This document shows, one piece after another, positions 30,288-37,482 of a stretch of 64,000 nt of DNA. The DNA lies in contig JAGGVU010000002.1 in assembly GCA_021157845.1 (NCBI GenBank), positions 31,376 to 95,375 of the forward strand. The letters run 5' to 3'. The position numbers and the translations under genes were made by a program. Origin of the DNA: Candidatus Aenigmatarchaeota archaeon. Lineage in GTDB: Archaea > Aenigmatarchaeota > Aenigmatarchaeia > GW2011-AR5 > JAGGXF01. Position 1 is the first letter of the stretch. Each line of letters begins with the position of its first letter. Under the pieces are notes generated by a model, which had not been told where the DNA came from, searched no databases, and saw only the letters and a list, made by a program, of their open reading frames with translations.

Positions 30288-30795
30288 AATGCGATATATG
30301 ATAAAAGGCATGAGAAGTAGAAAAGGTGTTGCACCAATAGCTGATATGATTGTCACATTTGTCATAGTTCTTGCTGTTGTAATAAGCGTTGTTGCAATAC
30401 TTTTTTACACAACAGCAAAGGACAAACTACACACGCCGGCCGGGATAAACTACAATATAGATCTTGTGGTTGTCACAACCGAACCTTATTATTTTTCATT
30501 TTTATTTAATGAGCCGTTTTTAAGAGAAATTACCCGTGCAGCATACTCTTATCCAGCTTTAAGCCCGGATCCGGATTTGTCAATTAGATGTAAGAATATA
30601 TTTTCCCCGTATAATATGCTGAAATATAGCTTGTCAATAGAAGATTATATAGTATGCAATTTTACTGAGAATAAAAATATAGAGGGTGCTCAAATAGAAA
30701 TACCGTTAATATTTGAAAGAAGTGTAAAATATGCAAAACTGGAAACAAAGATGAAGGAGCCAGAAATTCCAGACATAGGTGTTAGGATCAAATAA
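30277..30795 (+). CDS. pilin-like protein with class III signal peptide
   Basis: ..MRSRKGVAPIADMIVTFVIVLAVVISVVAIL. True start is probably one of the internal Met codons. Confidence 0.5.
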   Translation: MMNKMRYMIKGMRSRKGVAPIADMIVTFVIVLAVVISVVAILFYTTAKDKLHTPAGINYNIDLVVVTTEPYYFSFLFNEPFLREITRAAYSYPALSPDPDLSIRCKNIFSPYNMLKYSLSIEDYIVCNFTENKNIEGAQIEIPLIFERSVKYAKLETKMKEPEIPDIGVRIK

Positions 30796-30805
30796 GGTGT
30801 ATAGA

Positions 30806-31510
30806 ATGAGTAAAGGATTTGCAACAGCAGTTATTGTGGCAATATTCATAGCTGCTGCTGCTATCGCAGGATTTGTTATTATGGATAACAAAATGAACCG
30901 GGAAAAAGAGATAATTATGAAAGAGCAGGAAATAATCTTAAGTGATGTTAATTTTCACCTTGCTGACCAGTCTCTTAAGGAGGGATATTATCTAACAACT
31001 GTTCAGATTATTTATGATTTGTGCAGCAATGGCTTTGGCAACACAATTTGGTATAACGGGACAAAGAATATACCTTCCCTTGGTGAAATAGAATCAAAAA
31101 CAGAGGAATCTATAAAAAACAATGCATATCAGGGAGAATTTATTATGAACGGCGTAAAAATAAGGGTAGACAAACTGTCAGCAAATGTCAATATAACTGA
31201 TAGACTGACCTATAACATAAGCTCTGTTATATCTGTAATCAAGCCCTCGACAGCTGGGCCAACAACAAAAAGTGGCAGAAGAGATTATTATGGCCTAATA
31301 AATGTTGACATACCAGATATGATTACCAAGGGAGAATGCGTTATAGATGCGCTATCATCTGGACTAGCTCCAAATTGTGGTTCTGGCATAACAATAGAAG
31401 ATGGAACAGAAAAAACAATAAAGATAAAATCTGCATCGCAAAATTATTTTTACGACGGAGAAAAGTTCACACAAAAGCCATTTGAGCTTGTTATTAAATT
31501 CAAAGAGTAA
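30806..31510 (+). CDS. pilin-like protein with class III signal peptide
   Basis: MSKGFATAVIVAIFIAAAAIAGFVI. AAGGTG lies 6 nt upstream of this ATG. The ORF track starts at 30779. Confidence 0.55.
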   Translation: MSKGFATAVIVAIFIAAAAIAGFVIMDNKMNREKEIIMKEQEIILSDVNFHLADQSLKEGYYLTTVQIIYDLCSNGFGNTIWYNGTKNIPSLGEIESKTEESIKNNAYQGEFIMNGVKIRVDKLSANVNITDRLTYNISSVISVIKPSTAGPTTKSGRRDYYGLINVDIPDMITKGECVIDALSSGLAPNCGSGITIEDGTEKTIKIKSASQNYFYDGEKFTQKPFELVIKFKE

Positions 31511-31570
31511 ATCACATAAGATGAAAAAAAATTATAAAAAGGGATACGAATATAATTAATCTGTGAGCAT

Positions 31571-31888
31571 ATGAATAAAGGTATATCACTTCCAGTAAAT
31601 ATGGTTATAATTCTTATAATAGCTGTCATTGTTTTAGGCGTTTCTTTGGCATTTCTTCTTAAGATTGGCTCGCGAGGGATGGACGAAGCAGCAAACAGGC
31701 AGCTGGCAAATAAATTATGCACTCAATATGTGGGAAAAGACCCTACCTGCTCAGATACAAGCAAAGCAGATAGCGAGCTTTTGGAAAAATTGGCATCAAC
31801 ATGTGCAAAACTTAATTATACCGAGTGTTTAGATATAGCAGATGTTTCTTGTGTTAAAAAATGCTGTTCATTATTCTGCTCGGAATAA
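31571..31888 (+). CDS. small Cys-rich pilin (candidate major pilin), paralog of 37107..37442
   Basis: MNKGISLPVNMVIILIIAVIVLGVSLAF, with a Cys-rich C-terminus. 105 aa. Has its own A/T-rich TATA-like upstream element. Confidence 0.6.
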   Translation: MNKGISLPVNMVIILIIAVIVLGVSLAFLLKIGSRGMDEAANRQLANKLCTQYVGKDPTCSDTSKADSELLEKLASTCAKLNYTECLDIADVSCVKKCCSLFCSE

Positions 31889-31962
31889 ATGTCACTACTC
31901 TGATGCTCGGCTTCACCTCACGCCCAAAGTTTTTCTAACGAAAAACCTTCGTAAAATGGCAT
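31889..31962. repeat. cassette-spacer repeat family, copy E0 (partial)
   Basis: Shares GCTCGGCTT, CACCCAAA, GCATATGTT and GGCCCGCA(A/G)A blocks with E1 to E4. Confidence 0.4.
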
Positions 31963-32046
31963 ATGTTATATTCAATTTGCGTTGGCCCGCAAAGCCTAAA
32001 TTTTAAAACCGAAAACTTTATATATAATCGTTACAAAAGTAACAAT

Positions 32047-32595
32047 ATGGTCAAAAAAGTTTCAATATGGTTAACTTTGGAACCATTGTTATATGCCGAG
32101 CCAAAACATCTTGCTGAGATATCAAAAAAGCTCAAAAGACCGCACACGACTATAAGAAAACAACTTGCAGTATTTGAAAACATTGGACTATTAGAGAAAG
32201 AAAAAAAAGGAAGGCAAACACTTTACCAACTGAAAAAAATCCCTTTGTTTGTGGATTACTTAACAATAATTGAGAAGGAAAAGCTAATTGAAAGATGTAA
32301 AGAGGAGTTAGTTTTAAAAGAAATAATAGAGCAGTTACATTCCTTTAATAATCCTATTATTATTTTTGGTTCGGCTGTAGATTCAGTAAAAAAAGCAGGA
32401 GATGTGGATATTCTTGTTGTTGGAAAATTTAACAGAGAAAAAATTAAACTTCTTGAGAAAAAACTTAATTTGAAATTTCATATTATAAATGTAAAATCAT
32501 TAAAAGAAATAAGTGAAACATTAAAAAAAGAAATCATAAAAAAGCATTTGATTATCCAAAAAAGCGAGGAATGGATAAAATGGTTAGTAAGTTGA
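32047..32595 (+). CDS. minimal nucleotidyltransferase (MNT) with N-terminal wHTH, antitoxin-like
   Basis: NTase motif GSAVDSVKKAGDVDILVV. Internal ATG at 32047 (MVKKVSIW); the ORF track starts at 31963. Confidence 0.55.
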   Translation: MVKKVSIWLTLEPLLYAEPKHLAEISKKLKRPHTTIRKQLAVFENIGLLEKEKKGRQTLYQLKKIPLFVDYLTIIEKEKLIERCKEELVLKEIIEQLHSFNNPIIIFGSAVDSVKKAGDVDILVVGKFNREKIKLLEKKLNLKFHIINVKSLKEISETLKKEIIKKHLIIQKSEEWIKWLVS

Positions 32596-33047
32596 AATGG
32601 TGTTTCAGGAAGAGAGAAGTTAAACTTATCGAGCCTAACGAAAATCTATCAAATGAATATTTGAAAAGTGCTGAAGAAACCTTGCTTGTTTTGAGAGACA
32701 TTAAAGGAAAATCAAATATGTGGTTAGCAACAACAAAATACTATTCTGAATATTTTGCACTTTATGCTTTGTTAATGCGTATAGGCATTAAATCGGAGAT
32801 CCATGATTGCACTATAGAGATTGTGAAGTTTCTTGAAGAACAAAATGTTATTGAAATGGGGATTGCAAAAATACTTGAGAATGATAAAAGTTTAAGAATC
32901 GATAACCAATACTATTTGAAAAATAAGAAGGTATTTGTAGATTACAATAACTTAAGGGATTTGATTTTTAAAATCAAAGAAATAATAAACACAATAACCA
33001 ACGAAAAAATTGAGGAAATAAGAAGAAAAATCAGAGAAATAGTTTAG
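32571..33047 (+). CDS. HEPN-domain protein, toxin-like partner of MNT
   Basis: HEPN helical pattern (YYSEYFALYALLMRIGIKSEIHD). Overlaps the MNT gene by 25 nt. Confidence 0.5.
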   Translation: MDKMVSKLKWCFRKREVKLIEPNENLSNEYLKSAEETLLVLRDIKGKSNMWLATTKYYSEYFALYALLMRIGIKSEIHDCTIEIVKFLEEQNVIEMGIAKILENDKSLRIDNQYYLKNKKVFVDYNNLRDLIFKIKEIINTITNEKIEEIRRKIREIV

Positions 33048-33276
33048 CTCTCCGATCTCGGCTTCTCTGGGCCGAAGGCTCAGGTCACTTGACAGTGATT
33101 TAACGGTTACGCTCAGTTGCACCTTGTTTCGCCCAAATTTGCTTTTAGTCAACTTCGCTTAATCGCATATGTTCAATCGAGAATAAGTCCTAAATAATTG
33201 AAAGGGCAATTTCTAAAAAGTGGGAGGGGCTCGCCTACCGATATATTTAAATAAAAGTGTTAGTTAAGTTATAAAT
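33048..33276. repeat. cassette-spacer repeat family, copy E1
   Basis: Carries CGATCTCGGCTTCT, a GC hairpin, GCTCAGGTCACTTGACAG (33078-33095), ATTTAACGGTT and ACTTCGCTTAATCGCATATGTT (33152-33173). GC-rich relative to flanking sequence. Confidence 0.55.
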
Positions 33277-35022
33277 ATGATTAAATTAAAAGAGGTTATA
33301 ATTCTATTTTCAGTATTTTTAACGATAATTCAATCTGTTTCTGCTATCTCAAATGTTCAACATTCTGTAGATGGAAATAAAGTTACCTTAACTTATCAAG
33401 GGATTCCTCCATTTTGGATAAATATAAGAGGAGATACAAACATCGGGCAAGCAGGAGGATATTTATGGGCAAAAACATACTCAAAATCATTTAGTTATGA
33501 TATGAGTTTTGCTATTAATCCTTCTAAGAAATTTTATTATGGCATTAAAGATACAAGTTGGAGTTCTCCAACTGTTTTTAATTTAGGTGAAGTTCAAAAA
33601 AATGGATTAATTATTATTAATAAAAATGCTGATGGTAAGAATTACGCTAAACAAATTGCTCAGAATAGGGGTTGGGGATTTATTGAGTTAGAATCTTCAG
33701 ATATTAACTATATTAAAAACACCGTAAAATCATTTTATAATGAAAATAACAACGAATTTCTATTAATAATTGGTGATTTTAATGAAATACCTCTTAAAGA
33801 CACTGGAACACAACAATTTGGTTCTCAAGTTTATATTACAGACCCTCAATTGTATGGGGACATAAATGGAGATGGTTATGTTGATTTAAGCATTGGTAGA
33901 ATTCCTTTCTCATCCAAAATTTTATTGGAAAAATATTTTGATAATCTCCAAATTTCAGGTGAGAATGTATATATTGAAAATTATCCTTTTGGTAGCAGCT
34001 ACGATAATCTCCCATACGATGGATCTACATCAGGAGAATACATTGCTTCATTTTGTTTAAAAAAAGAATTGCCTCAATTGCAACCATATCGATTTAGAAG
34101 CAAAAATCAATTGATTAATGATTATCGGAGTTCTTCAGTAGTGCTTTTGAATACTCATGGCTCTTGGAGTGGTTTTAGTGTTAAGACTGAAGAGGAATTT
34201 AGAAACAAACAAACGCATTCTTTGGGTATTAATGACTTATGTGGCACGCAACAAGAAGATTGTTTTACTAATAGACCCATTTTTCTGCATTTTTCCTGCT
34301 TGAATGCAAGAAAATTAGGTATTGATCTCATAAAAAGAGGAGCTTCTGCTTTCATTGGGAATTATAATACTGGAGGTTATACTCCTAAAGGATTTTTATC
34401 TGAACTAGCTACAGGAAAACCTGTTGGTACTGTTATGAAAAATCAAATAAATAGAAAATTAAGCCATAATTTAGCTCTTAAAATGATTGTTGAAAATAGA
34501 GGAGAAAGAGAGAATGTTAATATAATTAATGAAAATATTGAAATATTTGATGATTATGGCGCTATCATGTATGGAGACCCAACACTTACTGTTAATATTC
34601 AAAAAGGTTCGGAAAATGTTAATATCCTTGAAGATCATAACAACAAAGTTGTAACAATCAAGATTAATAAAAACCCGGAGTTCATTCTTGATCCAGAACA
34701 TGGTGAAGACTATTATGGGATTCTTTGTTATAATAGCGTAAATTTAGATTCTTTGAAACACATAGATAAATCTTCATGGGAACAAACGTTTAATTCTTCA
34801 CACATGGCTACATTTCTTATACCAATAAATGATAATTCAATACAAGAGATTACTTCAGTTAAGATTAAATTAGAAGATCAATATGAGACTATATATGATA
34901 ACTCTATAAACTATTATTTATTCAAAGGAATAGACAAACAATTTTTATATTTAGATCTAGGTTATGATTCTCCTTTTATACCTTCAAATAAAGATTTAGA
35001 AATTCAAATTTACTATAATTAA
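33277..35022 (+). CDS. secreted protein with Sec signal peptide; possible C25/caspase-fold cysteine peptidase
   Basis: Signal peptide MIKLKEVIILFSVFLTIIQSVSA. His-Gly (LLNTHGS) and a downstream Cys (HFSCLN) spaced like the gingipain catalytic dyad. 581 aa. Confidence 0.4.
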   Translation: MIKLKEVIILFSVFLTIIQSVSAISNVQHSVDGNKVTLTYQGIPPFWINIRGDTNIGQAGGYLWAKTYSKSFSYDMSFAINPSKKFYYGIKDTSWSSPTVFNLGEVQKNGLIIINKNADGKNYAKQIAQNRGWGFIELESSDINYIKNTVKSFYNENNNEFLLIIGDFNEIPLKDTGTQQFGSQVYITDPQLYGDINGDGYVDLSIGRIPFSSKILLEKYFDNLQISGENVYIENYPFGSSYDNLPYDGSTSGEYIASFCLKKELPQLQPYRFRSKNQLINDYRSSSVVLLNTHGSWSGFSVKTEEEFRNKQTHSLGINDLCGTQQEDCFTNRPIFLHFSCLNARKLGIDLIKRGASAFIGNYNTGGYTPKGFLSELATGKPVGTVMKNQINRKLSHNLALKMIVENRGERENVNIINENIEIFDDYGAIMYGDPTLTVNIQKGSENVNILEDHNNKVVTIKINKNPEFILDPEHGEDYYGILCYNSVNLDSLKHIDKSSWEQTFNSSHMATFLIPINDNSIQEITSVKIKLEDQYETIYDNSINYYLFKGIDKQFLYLDLGYDSPFIPSNKDLEIQIYYN

Positions 35023-35223
35023 AACGGCGATCTCCGACTTCTTCGCAACATTCGGTTGCTCGACCGCTCCAAGTATTCGCGGGGACTTAACAGGCATTAA
35101 ACGGCTCGGCTTTTGCAGAGCCTCCACCCAAACTTTGCCTAATGGCAAAACTTCGCTTAATCGCATGTGTTAGGCGTAATTGCTCGACCGCACAATAAAT
35201 TTTTATAGAAACAAGTTTAGTTA
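35023..35223. repeat. cassette-spacer repeat family, copy E2
   Basis: Carries CGATCTCCGACTTCT, the hairpin GCAACATTCGGTTGC (35045-35059), ACTTAACAGG, ATTAAACGGCT, CACCCAAACTTTGCC and ACTTCGCTTAATCGCATGTGTT (35150-35171). Also the imperfect inverted pair GCCTAAT...GTTAGGC (35137-35175). Confidence 0.55.
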
Positions 35224-35787
35224 ATGATTATGAAACAATTAACTGAAATTGGAAAATTCTTGAAGGAAAAATCAAATGATAAAGCAAAAGAAAGTTGGAG
35301 AAAATTTGTTCCAACTTCAGAAAAAGTTTATGGAGTATATCTTGCTGAAATAAATAAAATTATTTCAAAATATATCTCTGGCGGTTTTAAACTTGTTGAA
35401 GAATTATGGAAAAGCGGTTATTTAGAAGAAAGAATTCTGGCTGCAAAAATCTTAGGAAAGATTTGTAAAAAAGACCCAGAAAAAACTTTAGGCTTAATTA
35501 AAAATTTTGTTGATGACATTACAGACTGGGCTGTATGCGATACCTTAGCAATCCAAGGAATCAGACCAATAGCAAAAATAAAACAAAAAGAAATTTTTGA
35601 ATTCTCAAGAAAATTGGTGAAATCTAAAAACCCTTGGAAAAGGAGGTTTGGAATTGTTTTGTTGATTAATTTCAAAAAAGATAAAACTTTGAAAAAAGAA
35701 ATTGAGAAAATCATAAAAAATGTTGAAGACGACAAAGAACATTATGTTAAAAAAGCTATAGACTGGGTTAAAAGAGAACTAAAATAG
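35224..35787 (+). CDS. HEAT-like repeat protein, DNA alkylation repair (AlkD/AlkC-like)
   Basis: All-helical 187 aa with the spacing of the DNA_alkylation family. Confidence 0.35.
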   Translation: MIMKQLTEIGKFLKEKSNDKAKESWRKFVPTSEKVYGVYLAEINKIISKYISGGFKLVEELWKSGYLEERILAAKILGKICKKDPEKTLGLIKNFVDDITDWAVCDTLAIQGIRPIAKIKQKEIFEFSRKLVKSKNPWKRRFGIVLLINFKKDKTLKKEIEKIIKNVEDDKEHYVKKAIDWVKRELK

Positions 35788-35887
35788 TGCCGCCCCGCAA
35801 CCCAAAATCCTTGAATTTTGCCCTACAGAAGGCATACATCTTTTATATTTCAATCCACTTTTCTCTTTAATAAATTTATAAATTGTT
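35788..35887. repeat. cassette-spacer repeat family, copy E4 (3' half only)
   Basis: CAACCCAAAATCC...TTTTGCCC matches the CACCCAAACTTTGCC block of E2. Confidence 0.35.
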
Positions 35888-35905
35888 TTGAATTTACTTA
35901 TTATT

Positions 35906-36337
35906 ATGAAGATTGTAATTTGTGCCGGTTTAGAATTTACATATCAAATAAAAGAAGTTGCCGAACAATTAATTAAACTAGGGCATGAAGTTGTGATACC
36001 TAAAACCGCTGAAATGATTCTGAACGGAGAGGTAACATTAAAACAAATTAAACAAGAAAAAGAAAATGGTGAAATTTCAAATAGAGCAAAGAAATATGAT
36101 GTTATAAGATACTATTTTGAAAAAATTAAAAATGCTGATGCAATTCTTGTTTTGAACTATGAAAAAAGAGGAATTAAAAATTACATTGGAGGAAACGTTT
36201 TTCTTGAAATAGGATTTGCACATGTATTGGGTAAAAAAATATTCTTACTAAACGAAATCCCTGATATGTTCTATAAAGACGAAATTGAATCTATGGACCC
36301 AATAGTATTAAAAGGAAACTTAAATAAAATCAAATAG
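35906..36337 (+). CDS. nucleoside 2-deoxyribosyltransferase-like protein
   Basis: Rossmann-like N-terminus KIVICAG and a GNVFLEIGFAHVLGKKIF motif matching the NDT/DUF4406 consensus. The ORF track starts at 35888. Confidence 0.45.
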   Translation: MKIVICAGLEFTYQIKEVAEQLIKLGHEVVIPKTAEMILNGEVTLKQIKQEKENGEISNRAKKYDVIRYYFEKIKNADAILVLNYEKRGIKNYIGGNVFLEIGFAHVLGKKIFLLNEIPDMFYKDEIESMDPIVLKGNLNKIK

Positions 36338-36605
36338 ACGGACTTCTGCGGTTGCCTTCGGCAATCCTTGCCATCGGTATCGCTCAGGTCACTTAACAGC
36401 CGTTATTATTCAATCGGCGTCGGCCCGCAGAAATTTATAAACTAGCCAAAAATAGGTTAATCATCCGAAATATTAGGTCGCTTACGATTGTCGGGTTTAT
36501 TTTTGTTTAGTTGCATTTTAATCGTTTAAAAAGGTTTAAAAACATTTCTTTCATACACTATATGAGTTTATTCATAGATAATGCAATGTAAAGGAGGTTT
36601 TTAAG
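36338..36605. repeat. cassette-spacer repeat family, copy E3
   Basis: Carries GACTTCTGCGG, the hairpin GTTGCCTTCGGCAA (36351-36364), GCTCAGGTCACTTAACAG (36382-36399), TTCAATCGGCG and GGCCCGCAGA. Confidence 0.55.
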
Positions 36606-36908
36606 ATGGCAGAGGAACAAGGAATTGAAAAAAAAGAAAAGCAAGACAATGTGATTTTTGTTGGGAAAAAGCCCAATATGTCCTATGTGCTTGCAGCAGT
36701 TACACAATTCGGTGATGGGCAGAATGAAATATATATAAAAGCAAGAGGAAGGTCTATCAGCAAAGCTGTTGATGTCGCAGAAATTGTTAAAAACAAGTTT
36801 GTTCAGGATGCAAAGGTAAAAGACGTAACAATCGGAACAGACGCAGTAGAGAATGAAAACAAAGAAAAAATCAATGTTTCAACAATTAGCATAACTCTTG
36901 GAAAGTAA
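36606..36908 (+). CDS. albA: chromatin protein Alba
   Basis: NVIFVGKKPNMSYVLAAVTQF...IYIKARGRSISKAVDVAEIVKNKF. AAGGAGG Shine-Dalgarno upstream. Confidence 0.85.
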   Translation: MAEEQGIEKKEKQDNVIFVGKKPNMSYVLAAVTQFGDGQNEIYIKARGRSISKAVDVAEIVKNKFVQDAKVKDVTIGTDAVENENKEKINVSTISITLGK

Positions 36909-37048
36909 CTTTTTTCTTTTTTTTCTTTTATTAAGTTTTTACTAATTTTAGGTTAGTTAGAAGATCTTTATACTCAGTGCCAAAAGCCGCGCGTGGAAAC
37001 TACTTTGGTCAAAATAGAGTAACTTCTCGTTATGTATCGACAATCATC

Positions 37049-37066
37049 ACAAACTTTATATACAAC
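37049..37066 (+). promoter_or_regulatory. TATA-like element (CTTTATATAC) upstream of pilin paralog, followed by AGGAGG Shine-Dalgarno
   Basis: A/T-rich TATA-like box about 45 nt upstream of the ATG at 37107. Shine-Dalgarno GCAGGAGG lies 7 nt before the ATG. Confidence 0.3.
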
Positions 37067-37106
37067 GAAATATAATTTATTCTTACGAACTGCAGGAGGT
37101 TGTTTT

Positions 37107-37442
37107 ATGTCTAAGAAAGGAATAAGTCTGCCCATTAACATGCTTGTAATTTTAGCAGTAGCTGTTATTGTTCTACTGGCTGTAGTTGCATTCTTTTTTT
37201 CTAATGTAGTTAAGGGTGGTGAAAGTGTAAGTCTCTCAGACGCGTGGGGCGACGCATGTATACGTGTGACAACTACATATGGATGTTCAGTAGATAGTGT
37301 AAACTCGGCTTTAGATGCTGGAACGTTTCTTGTTCGATATGGAAATGGAACCAGACCGTTTGATGAGATATGTCAAATAAAACTTGGAACAACTGATATA
37401 GCAACATGTATTTCCGATTGCGGATGCAAAGTCACTGAATAA
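37107..37442 (+). CDS. small Cys-rich pilin (candidate major pilin), paralog of 31571..31888
   Basis: MSKKGISLPINMLVILAVAVIVLLAVVAF, nearly identical in its signal region to the 31571 product. Internal Met of ORF 37032. Confidence 0.6.
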   Translation: MSKKGISLPINMLVILAVAVIVLLAVVAFFFSNVVKGGESVSLSDAWGDACIRVTTTYGCSVDSVNSALDAGTFLVRYGNGTRPFDEICQIKLGTTDIATCISDCGCKVTE

Positions 37443-37482
37443 ACCTTGCACTAATATGGTTTTGTAGCTAATTTTATATAAA

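Noticed and set aside
33165-33190. GTTCAATCGAG / TTCAATCGGCG T-loop-like strings in cassette spacers E1 and E3, considered as tRNA fragments or attachment sites.
   Set aside because: They have no acceptor or T-stem complementarity around them. They are more simply explained as a conserved block of the spacer repeat family.
35137-35175. GCCTAAT...GTTAGGC inverted pair in spacer E2 as a canonical integron attC.
   Set aside because: Spacing of 39 bp is shorter than known attC sites (57-141 bp) and R'' carries a mismatch. It is kept only as a supporting hint inside the cassette finding, not as a standalone attC call.
37032-37106. N-terminal 25 residues of the ORF-track ORF 37032-37442 (MYRQSSQTLYTTKYNLFLRTAGGCF).
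   Set aside because: This region contains the TATA-like element and the AGGAGG Shine-Dalgarno for the internal ATG at 37107, which starts a canonical pilin signal peptide. It is therefore treated as 5'UTR.
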